Source: Vicugna vicugna (lineage: Eukaryota). Taken from it: a stretch of 64,000 nucleotides of DNA. The notes beneath the pieces were generated by a model. That model searched no databases, had not been told where the DNA came from, and saw only the letters and a program-made list of their open reading frames with translations. Positions 50,767 through 62,949 of the stretch are shown here, piece after piece; position 1 is the first letter of the stretch; each line of letters begins with the position of its first letter. The stretch lies in NCBI GenBank assembly GCA_013265495.1, contig MU058065.1:7440302-7504301 (forward strand), in the 5' to 3' direction. The position numbers were made by a program, and so were the translations under genes.

Positions 50767-52019
50767 CTCATTATCCTCATTTTACATATAAGAAAATAAA
50801 ATCGAGGATCAGGGAGGTTAATACGTTTTCTCAGAATCACACAGTTTTTGAGAGGGAGGGTCAGGATTGAAATCTAAGCTTTAAACCAGTTTTGAAACGA
50901 GGATTAGGTGTTCCCTGAGAATCTTTTGAGCTGTGTGGTTAAATAGAGTTGGGAAAACAGAGAAAAGGCCAGTGTTGGTGTGGGTGTCAGTGGCGTAGGG
51001 GGTTGGTGGTGGGGGTCCTTGGGGATGTGGGGAGGAGAGGATGGCATTTTGAAGGGCTTCCATCTTGTCTCCATCCTGCCTCACCCACTCCCCCTCCTCT
51101 CTGCCCCCAAGGACATGGTCTCTTTCCCTGGTTTCTGCTTTGCCAGTCTCTTTGAACCTGTTCTGTCTGATGCCTATGTTTCCTGGCATCATGGTTGGCA
51201 GGCACCATTGGAGCAGCACAGAAGGGGGGCATCTCTGAGCAGAGCAGATGAGGACAGAGGGCATGGACCTCGGCATGGTGCAGTGCTGCACCAGGCCAGA
51301 GTCAGAGGGCAGTGCGTGTCCCAGCCAGAGCCAGGAAGTGGCAGAGGCAAGCTGAACACCCTAGGTCCCTCTGGACTCCAACCAGCGCTGGAAATTTTCA
51401 CGAATGCTAAATCCACTCGCTACTTTACAGGAAAAGCTGACCCTTGAGCCATCTTTCCTTCAGCAGTTCCAATTTGTTTTTCCAGTGGCCTTCTGCCTTA
51501 AACATCATTGCAATCAGCTCTTGGGCATATGGAGCTAAATTGATGATCTTGTTGAATAATCAGAGGTTCACACTCACACTCATACAGGAATGAAGTGACA
51601 TGATCATAAACACCCACACAGTCTCATGGGCCAAAACACATTTGCATGCTTCCTGGTCTTGCCCCCCAAATAAATGACTGGTTATTGAAATTTAAGAAGA
51701 ACCAAGAAAATTCCAAAGCAGAGCTTCTTGCAGTACAAATGCCTAAATTCATGCCCCATCCTTATTCTATTTCATCGTTATTATTATTATTATTTGTAGC
51801 CTAAACTCATTACAGCGATGATAAGATCATTTTGGCTTTTTAGATTTCATTTTCCAAGAATTTCCAAGGAATCCATTCATGGAATAAAATCATCTGGCAG
51901 AGACTGGAAAGATACATAGAAGTACCACTTTTCTGGATTATTGCTACTGTTATTTATGCTATTTGTGGTTATCAATAATGAAAAATACAAGGATGGTGGA
52001 GAAACAAGAAGAATCATAG

Positions 52020-52228
52020 CATGAACACTGGGCTTGGCACCAGAAGACCTGGTTCAAATTCTTATTGCTTGCTGTGTGGTCTTAGACAGATAATATATAA
52101 TCCCTCGAAGCTTCAGTTACTTCCTTGGTAAAACTAGAATAACAAAATCTACCCCAAAGTTTTAAAATGAGATTTAAAATAAACAATATAAGTAAAAGTA
52201 CCTGGCACATTTGAGTATTCAATAATGT
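52020..52228 (+). mobile_element. MIR SINE
   Basis: cagaagacctggttcaaatt...gctgtgtggtctt...cttcagttactt...gtaaaa...cctggcaca...tcaataa. Confidence 0.75.
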
Positions 52229-53719
52229 CTGAATAAACTATGACCAATGCACACTCATGCAGAGTTAATTAATACAAGGATTTTGAAAGCCTAACTATAT
52301 TTTCCCCCTTGGTCCTGTAGACAACTATTGTTCAAGACGACATCTGTGAGGCATTGCAAGATTTTGTTATGTTTCCTGAATGACCAAGTCAAAATGAAGC
52401 CATATGGTTTTTATGTTAGAGGGATTACTGATTTTCAAGAAATTAGTATACAATAAAATAATTTACATGTGAGGCAATGCTCAGATTTCAGATAACACAG
52501 GCAGCCGATTAACCAGAATAATCCAGTTTTACTGACGGAAACCATTTCCATATAAGGAGTCACACCTGCCAAACTCAGAAAAACAGATCCTTTGGGATTC
52601 TTCCTGGAGCTCTAGCATCGAAGAGCTGCCACAGGGAAAGGAGATGCCCTTCTCAGGTCTCTTTAATTCCTTTGACCTTTCATCAAGATATTGACCATTT
52701 TCAGAAGGGGTGGACTTCCTCCCTTCATTCTCTACCCATTTTGTCATTTTGCTACCTTGAGGCTATTGAATGGGACATGACAAGGTTCACTTTTCTCTGA
52801 GACACCAGCTGGGCTTTCCTTTGAATTTAATGTCCAACAATGTATGTGGCCTTATTTCTCCCATATTCTGTTTAAAGTCATAATTAAAGAATGTCTGGAG
52901 AGGATTTGTTCTGGCTGCAGAGGTGTCTGACTGGACAGCCAGAGAGGCAGGTCCTTACCCTCCCCGTAGCATGGCTCCTATGTGGGACTGGGCTGTGGCC
53001 TGGACAGGAACCACATTGGCTGGAGGAATATGTGTGTGGCCTCTTTGCCGTGGTAGGGGCAGCTCATACCTGGAAAACGGGATGCAATTCACTTCTGAAT
53101 CAGCAAGAGGTGTTCATTAAGCCTCCCTTTGTTGACTTTCTTTCTTCCCCTTGGCTCTGTTTCGAAGACAATCCAGTTCTTATCCCATGACAGAGCTGGA
53201 TCTGACCAGGAAATAGTCAAAATAGTAACAGATGAAGCACTGTAAGAGAGAGAAATATCTTCTTCAGGGAAACTCTTGAGTCTTCCTAGATGCAAAGGGA
53301 GACATGAAATTCTTTTCTCAGTGCAGTTTTTCAATATTCTTTTTGAGTTGGCACAAATATATCTTCCCTTAATGAATATGCATGAGGTGCTTTAATTTCA
53401 TGGAAAATTGCATGATTAACCTAAACATTTCGAATTCTTGATTGTTTCCTTTGTGTGTAAAACATAATAAATAATACCTCAGATTAAGTTTTAAAGAAAT
53501 ACAAACAACTAGATATAGTCAGTCATCTGAGAACTTTAAACAGTTACTAAACCTGGTTCAGCTCAATGTCCTTTTCCTGGGCTAAGTAGATATATTTCAC
53601 CTCCAAATTTTGTAATCCTAGATCAACTATGTCAAATGTGATGGAACCTACACCCTCCAAGGTTGAGATCCAATAACATCTTTGCTTGTAGTTCTTGTAG
53701 TTAAAAAGAAAGATAAAGA

Positions 53720-56100
53720 ACTTGAGAATCCATTTTACATTATCCAACCTGACGATCTTACTCTTTAATTGGAGAATATAACCTATTTTTAATGTAATTA
53801 CTGGTATAATTCAGTTTATATCTGCCTTTCTATTATTTGTTTGCTATTTGGCTTACTTGCTTCCAGCTCCTTTTTTTTTTAAAACAATCCTTTCTTGCTT
53901 TATACTGGATTAATAAGGTATTTTTATTATTCCATTGTTTTGTGTGTGTGAATATATTCTTCTACTATTTTTTAGTGATTGTCCTACAGATTACAGTGTT
54001 GATTTATTATGGTCAAAACAGACTACTATTTTTACCATTTCCTTGTCATTGCTAGAATCTTTTAATTTTATTGCTTCATTTTGCAAAGCTTTATTTTTGC
54101 CATTGATTTTAGTTTTATGTATAGTTTTCCCAATTTAACACATTTTTATTTCACTTTTTTTCATTTCTTTATAAAATAGTCATCTCCTCACTAGCAGTTC
54201 TCTCTCCTAGAGTGAGGGAGGGGGAGGGAGGAGGTTGGGCAGCTCCAAAGGAAAGGGGCTAGGGGAGAAGGGCCAAGGGTTACATATATTTTTAAATCTA
54301 CAAACTATTGCAATTATTGTTTTGAAGTATCAGTGTTAATTTATATTTGTTCACATATTTATCTTTTCCAGTGTTCTTGATTTTTTCCTAATTTCCATGT
54401 TTTCATCTGGGATGATTTTTCTTTTGTATGAATAACTCTTTCTGTTATTTTCTGTAGTGCACACCTGGTAATAAAAAAATTCTGCTGTTTTTTCAATTTC
54501 TGAAAAATATTTTTCTTTCAGTTTAAAGAGTGTTTTCAGGGGGTATAGAATTCTGTCTGAGATTTCCATTCTTTCAGTACTTTAACTCTGTCTCCTATCT
54601 CCTCAATACATTGTCTCCTGCCTTTCATCATTTCTATTGAGAAGTCAGCTATCACTCTCACTCTTATTGTTACTGTCTTGAAGGTACATGCCTTTTTCTC
54701 TCTGGATGTTATTAAGATTTCCTCTCTGCTTTTGGTTTTCAGCAGTTTGGCTACCATGTTCCTGGATATGCTTTGCTTTGTATTTTTCTTGCTTGGGTTT
54801 CATTGAGCTTTTTATATCCATGTATCCTTTATCAGTTTTTGAAAATTCTTGACCATTATTTCTTCCACTATTGCTTCTGGGCCATTTTCTCTATTTACTC
54901 CTTTTGGAACGCCATCATACGTCTGTTAAACTTTTTGACATTTTCCATATGCCTCCTACTGTTTTTACATTCTTCTTTCTCCCTGTAACTCAGTAAAAAA
55001 CTTGAATAAAAAACATCTTAACTACCCCCCCAAAAAAACCCTTAACTGTTATTAAGCATATTTGTTGAATTCTTAATTTCAGACATTTTTAGTTTTAAAT
55101 ATCTAGATTATCGATTTGGTGCTTTTTTAAAAAAATACAGATTCAAGTTACTTGTGGAATGTATACATTCTTTTATCTTTCTGTCTATCTTTTCCTCAAT
55201 TTTCTTAAAAACATTAATTGTATTTATTTTAAAGCCATTAACTGCTAACTCTAATATCCAAATTATCTCTGAGTCTGTTTCTAATAGAATGTGCATCGTT
55301 TAAAAGAATCACAGATGCTCTGGATGAAATTAAGTTCTACCTAAGAGAGGTTCTCCCCTTTCCTCTGTTAGGTAGAAAAGGGGAATCACTGATCTCCTCA
55401 GTACAATCAGGAATTGACCTCAGTCTGGGCTGGACTGCAGTTGTCAAACTCAGTTCACCTCTGATTTTTCTCTTGTTTGTTAGTCAGCTGTGGGTCCCAG
55501 GGTTTTGAATGAGAGCCTGAAAAATTGGGAGATTTGGTTCTGACTGGCAGAGACTTTCAATATAGCTCTTAAGCATCCCTCCTCACACAATTTCAAAATT
55601 TGGCAAATACCTTGAGGCAGGCCTCCTCCTTCTATGGGTCTTTGTGTCCTTTATTTCCTTCACTATGTGTGAGATTTCACTCTTTCTTTACGAAGCCTTC
55701 TGCCCAATTCTCTAGGCTTCCTCATAGATTCATAACTCAGTAAGTGTTCTTTCGAAACCTTCTAAGTTTTCTAACGGTAACTTTGGGTCCATAAGCCTAC
55801 CAAAAGTTTGCTTGTTTCTCTTTGCTTCTGCAGATTCTCTCAGTCTTTGATAGTCAATTCTCATCCCACAACTATATTTTCAAAAGCCCCCAGTGGAAAA
55901 AAGAAATTACTAATGTTCATCAGTTCACCTTGAAATGGTTTTGTTCTCCGGATTTTAGTTGATCCAGTCCTCATTGCTTCTGCAGGTCTCTGATCCTTTA
56001 AAATTGTGACTCTTTTTTTCATAATTTGTGTGGTTTTGTCTGTCTGTTGCAATTAGAACAATGAACTGCTGTGATCCTACATTCTACCCAGAAAGTGAAA
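53720..56100 (-). mobile_element. Old LINE-1 (L1ME-type) 5' UTR, ORF1 and inter-ORF remnant
   Basis: Reverse ORFs: ETDSEIIWILELAVNGFKINTINVFK (55108..55296), KLLKTKSREEILITSREKK...IADFSIEMMKGRRQ (54536..54757) and RILYPLK (54351..54569), all recognisable L1 ORF1p segments in order. Confidence 0.9.
54129..54279 (-). pseudogene. Probable 5'-truncated retrocopy of a cellular mRNA 3' UTR end
   Basis: GC-rich non-L1 insert inside the L1. Minus-strand AATAAA (tttatt, 54145-54150) lies 16 nt from the junction. There is a 14-bp degenerate TSD (54115-54128 / 54280-54293) and a TT/AAAA endonuclease site. Confidence 0.65.
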
Positions 56101-56299
56101 TCATGATTTTCTGAGCCATTTTCTAATTGATTGTCTCTAGTCATTGTTGATCAATTTTATTATAATTAACTATGGTTACAATAATGTATGGAAAAAACTC
56201 AAAACTGAGTCTGCCCATTTTTTTAAACCAACCCCTAGTCTCAAAATTCTAGATCCATTATTTTTATAGGCATTCAATCAATATTTAATGTCAATTTCT

Positions 56300-57320
56300 T
56301 TCTAACAAACTAAATATTCAATAGCTAAAGTAAACTGAAAGATAAACTTGCATTTTTAATACTTTGCAGCTGATTATTTTACTTCTAATAACTTGTATGA
56401 AGATCTCTCTAAAATACATGACTATTTGCAACTCTTTTGAACTTTTTAATCTATATTTAACCTATGAATCTACATCCCTGTATCCTAACGCTACTGTAAG
56501 ATAACTGTTGGGTAAAACTATTTGACAGATTGCAGAATACTTTTGAGGAGCCTGAACTGGATTGTGTTCTGATTCCTCTTATTTTTAGCCTATAATTTTA
56601 TTAAATGAAATCATCTTTATAGGAACAAGACGCATGTGCTTATGTAATAAAGAATAGAAGGTAAATTATGATTCTGTACACTGATAATATGGTTACATTG
56701 TCATAAATCAAAGATGATCTTGACAGTTGGATCTAGCCTTGAGTTAGTATAAAAAATCAAGTTCAAAACCAAAATTATCATCACTGGTCAAACTTTTCCA
56801 AAATTCAGTTAGTTTCTACAACTTACTCTAAATTGAAGAATACATTATTTAATTGGAGGGAGGGATATTTTACAGCTATTTTAACCTGATAGATTCCCTA
56901 GGAGTCAGGACACTTTAAATCAGCCACTTCATAGGAACATTATTAAGGACTTTATTATTATTATTTTTAGCAGGTTGAACAACTGGGTGGAATATTTTTC
57001 AGTGTTAAATAATCCTGGCAAAGGTTCATAATGGAACTCTGAGAAATCAACTGAGCCCCTTTGTGTGCTGGAATCTGCCCCAAAGTGCTTATTGAGGAAA
57101 TGGCAGATGGCAGGCAAAAGACATGGGGAGCATACTCAACCTTTCCATCAAGATCTGGAACATAGGGATCTACTCTCAAACACTTCTGCAAACACCCACT
57201 ATTCAGGACTCATCAATAAGTACAACCTTGAATGGTGTCCTATTCAACACCTAACAAAAGCTTGGCTGACAAGGAAGATTCTAAATTCTATGTTTGGTTC
57301 AAGTTTGCTTATCTGAAAGA
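56300..57320 (+). mobile_element. Ancient non-LTR retrotransposon RT fossil (L4 / RTE-X-like)
   Basis: Same-frame motifs LDCVLIPLIFSL* (56557-56595; cf. QGCVLAPLLFNLY) and IMILYTDNMVTLS (56665-56703; cf. LLYADDMVLLS), then KTKIIITG..PKFS* from 56765; outer limits uncertain. Confidence 0.7.
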
Positions 57321-57799
57321 ATGGCCATTCTGAGACATTTAAAAAAAATTGTTCAGTTAATAAGAATTATGTCATTTATGCTTTGTAGAGCCAAGAAACT
57401 CAGGAGCAATTTGAACTCTTTTGTCATATTCATGCTAGCCTTTATGGTCTGTATATCTGTTTTCTTCCTTGTCATGGCCTGGATTTTCTATTTCTCTCTC
57501 CATTTTCCTTTATTCCTATTTAGTCTTTCTTTCATTGAGTATGTTTGTGCTGTAAGCTACCTCAGATCTTTTTGAGCATGACGTGGCATATAAACACATC
57601 AGTAATACAAATGTAAATTTCACTGAAATTGTTTGTGGTGTCTCCACATCTCTGGGGTTCCAGTGAGTTTTGACTGATGTTTGAACAGTGTAGTTATCTA
57701 TTTTGCTTAATCTTAACCCTAGGAGGAAATGCCTGGATAAAATTCCCCTTCAAATTATCAAGAAGAGGTTCTACAATTTTTTCGAGATTCTGTTTCTCC

Positions 57800-59250
57800 T
57801 AATGCTTTTTAATTTCTGTCAGAATTTGTTGTTATGGGCACTATGGCTTTTGGGTTGCCCAACCCTATATAATATAGCCATCAAACCCCTATCTGTTGAA
57901 TCTGGAGCCAGGATAGGCCTGGTGAACTGAAGTAGAGATTTGGGGCTATTTATATACTCAGGGCTTTATTTGCATGAGGGCCTTTTAAAATGACATTAGA
58001 AGGGGAATGAAATATGAAGGTGAAACTCTAGAACCAATTAGACTCTGTCTCCTGAGGATCTATGAGATGAGGATGGACCCAGATGTAGGAAGAAGGTGTT
58101 AACAGAAACTGAAGATGCTGTTTTGGTTAAGACATCTTCTGTGTTGAAATTTGGGCCATAAGAGATGATTCTTGGAAATAAGATGTCAAAATTCACTGCG
58201 GAATAAACATGAGGACAAACCTTCCATTTCTGTACAAGGCTCAACAGCAGGGTGAATGACGGAGCACCACAGTGGCCTAGCAGAGGACCACAGGAATAGT
58301 ATTCTCATCAAGGTACCTGCAGTAGCACACGAGGGGAAGTCCTTCCTTGAAAAACCTGTGGGCATCACTTTGTCTCAAGGAGACTGAATCAGGAAAGGGC
58401 TTGTTTCTGACTGTAATTGAGACTCCACTGATGCCTCAAAGAAGCTACTGGGAGGTGGGGAGCTTTGAGAAGCTGTGATCAGGCATCAACAGAAGGTGTA
58501 AGAAGTCTGTGTAATGTTACTAATACCATTGATGAGCATTAGGGTGAAGGTACCTGGTCCTCTTTCTCTCCAGGACTCTGGCCAATCAAATGTAAACAAC
58601 AAAGACTTCAGTCAAATGGGATCAAAACATCAACTTTGTTATTCAGATGAAAAGCTTCCTAGAAAGCTGGGGATACAGATTAAGTGGGGGAGCAAAATTG
58701 GGATTCTTATCCTCACCTTTTGAAGTGAACTAGTTGGCCTCCAGTGTGACGTACTTCTCCAGCTTTCCTACGTGAGTACTGGTGGAGGAGCAAGAAAAGA
58801 GAGCAAAGGTCATCACTTGTCTACTTAATGTGCAGATACCAGCAGTGCAAGGGGAGTCCATCACAGACCAAGAAAGCATACAAGCATGAGAGGTTTCTTG
58901 CTTTTGAAGCAAAGTCACCTAACCGAGTAGCTCAGGCACTGTGGTTCCTGGCAATCAGGCCCTCACCAATTAATCACTCCTTTACTCTAAGAAGAGAGCT
59001 AGTGAGGGGTAGAAAGAAGGCTTTAAAAGGTGACAATAGTTCCTTTCTTTGAGGGCCAAGGCAATCACTTGGTTAGAAAAAGAGTCTTCCTCTTTATATA
59101 AATGCTACCTCCTTGAGCTCATTGGCTGGAGGGACCTGGAAACATCTGGGCTGTATGTAGACAAAGGCAAGCCTTTTACACAAAGTATCTATAAGCATGT
59201 TTATGGGGACAGTGGTTATAAGGTATTTACAAGGTCAAAAGGGCAGAGGC
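57800..59250 (-). mobile_element. Ancient L2/CR1-group LINE ORF2 fossil (APE endonuclease to start of RT)
   Basis: Ordered reverse-strand motifs: GGSIYIK (59112-59092), LGDF (58922-58911), STHVG...TLE (58780-58740), P*F = PWF (~58390), LWCSV (~58270), PSSS..DP (~58070) and RPI (57920-57912). Confidence 0.55.
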
Positions 59251-62230
59251 TGCCCTAACAGTGAGCAATTGCCTAGGGGTGGCACAGATCTGTCTGCTGT
59301 GACCAATGTCACAGTGGCCAGGGTTGGAAAGTTTGACCTGCATTTTGCACTTGTTCTCCCTCCTTGAGCTGTAACCTTTACAGGCTCTGAGTCAGTCCTT
59401 GCAGGGGAACTCTCTGAGTCGTCAACACATGCCATCTCATGGAGGTGGTTCTTCAAAGTCACCTTATGGGATTGCTCATGGAGAAGAGACTTCTGGGGCC
59501 ACACCATAAGTGCAGACGCAGAGGCTTAATACGATGAGTGTGGGGTTGGGGGAACTATTTGTACCATACATTCTGAATGTTTGTGAGGGATACATGGCAG
59601 GCCTTAAAAAAAAATCCCCTAATCAAAGTCAATGTAGTTGCATCTAACTGTTCCCATAGCTCTTGTAACAAAGCTCTAACAAGAAGCATGCACTCTAGAT
59701 TCAGTCTGATTCACACAGGCTGACACTGTGATACTGGGGTACAGGAGAGAGCTAGACAGTGATTCAAACTCCTGCCCCAAACACATTAGAAATCACCCTG
59801 TGTCTTTCAGGGTCGCTGGCAAGTGGACACAATCAGGGGTTGTAGATCTACAAATGACAAGAATAGTCTATTGAATTTCCTTATTATTGGAAAAAAGGAA
59901 TGAGGCACGGAGGATAGGAATGACATGACAGGGTCAGCACAAAGAGAGGCCCGGAGAGCAGACATCAACTTATTCTTCTTTTCAGAGGGAGTCTTTCTCT
60001 CACAGACAACATGGAATCAGGAAGATCTTGGGACAGGGCCTGGACAGGGCTGAGTAGATTATCCCATTGGCTGTATGAGGGGTGCACTGAGCTTGGCAGT
60101 GTGAAGGATGCAACAAGATCAAAGTGAAGGGCTTTAGGTATTTTAATGTCCAAAATATATGTATTCCATAATACTTCTTTCTCTTAAATTATCTCTATAA
60201 TTATGTAGACTATTTGCACAACACCAATCACTTGCTAAAATTAAAAGTACAATGATCAGTTCAGTGTAGTTTTGTCTACTTGTAACCCCAATGATAAATC
60301 TGACTAATGTTGCTTTAAAATGGCCCGGATATTTATTTGGCTGTCCTCATCATCCATTGGTTTTGTTTTCTGTTTTTTTTTTTCCCCTTGGTTTTATTTG
60401 CTTTAGTTTGATTTGTTTGATGCTGGTGTTCAAGTTTACTAAGCCCACTTCTCTGTGGTCCACCCTCTCTCCATGTGGAATCTGTCTTGTTGAGGCCCAT
60501 CTGAGCTGCTAGGTCAGGCCCCAGAGTCCTGTCTTCTGGATCTCACGGTATCTGTCTTCTCTTAGGAGAGTTAAGTGTTAACATAGTCCTGACCACATTT
60601 GCCTTTCAGGAAGATTAATGGAGTTCAGCCTGCAGAAGATAAGCTTATCTGGGAGGAGCAGGAGAGAGCTAAGCTGTGTCAACACAGCCTAAGGGCAGGA
60701 GAGAACCAAATTGATTATTCAGGTTATCTCCACCCTCTGCCTCCCTCCCCCAACCATTTTCAATTCTAACACAATATGATGTCTGTATAAATGTGGGGAC
60801 AGATAAAGAAGCAAGCTTATGGAGCAGCTGCTTAAAGTTCTAGTCCTTTCAAGATGTTAAAATGCTCCCAGAAATGCAGTAAAATGGACAAAATAGAATT
60901 TCCCAGAGGGTACACTCCTTGGAGTTGTGAAGGGTTGGGGGAGGGATTAAGTGCAAACAGACAGTGTGAGACCCCCAGGGGACCTGCTTGAGTACTAGTG
61001 ATTGCTAAAATTCCTTCCCAAGGAGGGTGAATCTGTTGATGATGTGATTCATTTTCCTAAGAGAAAATAATGCAAATTGTTTTGCAAGGGGAGAAGGAGA
61101 GGGCGTCTGCCAAGGCTTCAAAATGCCTCCTACCCTGAGATGCCCCTAGTTGCCACCATCTAGAAAGTTTCTTCTCAACACTTCCCCTGGAAACTTCTAC
61201 TTTCTCTCAAAGATCTCTCTCTGTTTAAGTGACCTGGAGGTAGCTTACTCAGGGAGGTTTTTGGCTCTCTGATTTAATAAAAATAGGAAGAGCCATTTGT
61301 TATCTGTGAGACCCTAAACAAGACACCTCTTGGGCCTCCATGTTCTTTTTACAAACGCATTGCCATCTCAAGTTCATCATCATTTGACATGGCTTTCTGA
61401 GGAATTGTCACTCAGTCCGCTGGTTTCACAGTTTTGTTTTAAAGGTAGCAATTGGGCTCTTCCTTGTTTGTAGGCAATTAGCCAGGATTAATTAGCAGTA
61501 ATAGGTTATTCTCTGGGGTAATAGGCCAAAGGAATCCTGAAATAAGCCTGGACTTCGAACTAGTAAAGAATATGCATGTTAGCTGGGGCATAAATATATG
61601 TGAGAATTAAGTAGTAGTATTTGCCATTTGAATAATTTCACAACACAGAGGGATCAATTCCCCAGTGTATCTATGACTGAGGGCTTTATCAGTTAGATAG
61701 ATAAATGGATATATAGATAGATATGATATATATCTATCCATGTGTATAGGTATACACACAACAATAAAAGCAACCAGACTACATATGAGCTATACAACAC
61801 TCATGTTAATCTGGAAAGGTTCGCCCTACTCTTTCACTTGCTGTGTCTTGGACTTTATGCATATATGCACCCAAATTCTTATAGGCTAGTTCAGAAGTAA
61901 CCTGCAAAAGGCGATGGACTCTTTTGAACCAGCTTAGAGAAAGATGGATTCCAAGTAGCAAAGAATAGGACTCATTGTGCGAAGTCTGTTATACCTGAAA
62001 TTGGCCTCCCTGTCTCTACTCTACAATGCTTCTTCCTCTAGCCAGGGTATGGCAGAGTGGATTCTGTCCAAAAAGGAGAAAACAGAGCCCCCAAATGAAA
62101 CAGGTCTCCATTCAGGGAAATGAAATGCTTTTTAAAATTCTCTGCATAGCCCTATTCAGAAACTCCCCAAGAGGCCAGCTGATTCTCACCCTTGTGGAAA
62201 CCATCACTATGAAGGTTTAATATACATTCT

Positions 62231-62246
62231 AAAAAAAAAAAAAAAA
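62231..62246. repeat. Poly(A) run (A16)
   Basis: Read directly. Confidence 0.9.
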
Positions 62247-62949
62247 CCCTCCCATTTCCAAATTGTACAGTTTATCTTGTAGGAGGAATTTTGTTTTCTT
62301 TTCATGCTGGACCTAAATTTGGCATGCTATGGAAGTTTTATTGCAAAGCATTACCTGAGAGCTCAGCCAAAGATCCCAATTCAAGAATGGCAGCTGGGAA
62401 AAGTTGAATGAATGGGCTATTTTTTTTTTCTTTCTTTCCTTCCCTTAACTCCACATGTTTCTCAATTACTGGCTCATAAATGTAATTAAATAAATATTTT
62501 TAAATACAGAAGATGGAGAATGTGAGAACCTGATAAATATGAAACAAGCTTCTAAATCTATGGACATGGCATCTGTGGGCCTATGTTATATGTGTAAGGA
62601 GAAAGGTATTGCAAAGCCTTCATAGTGAAGAGGAGGAGCTAGGATTTTTCTGGAAGAGAAGAAAGATTGGTGTCCAAATGTGGATGCAGAGAAACCATGG
62701 GAATATGGATACCCCTAGGAGATAATGCTCCAAATGTAAGCTTGGAAGTGTGTTTATGAGAATGAGGTTATTTCTACAATCTATTTGTTGGATTAACTTC
62801 AGGAGGAGGGGAATAAGAAAACATGCATTGCATATTTATTTGGTATTTTCTAGAGACATGCGTTGGCTCCAGCAGCGGTGCAAGGGCACTTGAACTTATT
62901 CTGAAGATGCCCAAGACAAGGCTTCAGGGGAAAGTTCCCAGGAGAGGAA

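Larger units (their letters stand above)
49575..50880 (-). mobile_element. MIR split in two by nested LTRs
   Basis: The left part ends gatcctcaattgaccctat (49670). The right part starts cattatcctcattttacatataagaaa (~50769). These are adjacent segments of the MIR consensus. Confidence 0.75.

Noticed and set aside
50980..51447. Longest ORF in the track (155 aa) and overlapping ORFs on both strands
   Set aside because: Non-ATG start and no recognisable domain; open frames on both strands are expected from the locally high GC.
58555..58723. Splice-acceptor-like tcctctttctctccag followed by an open frame
   Set aside because: No matching strong donor or recognisable peptide; it lies within the reverse-strand LINE fossil.
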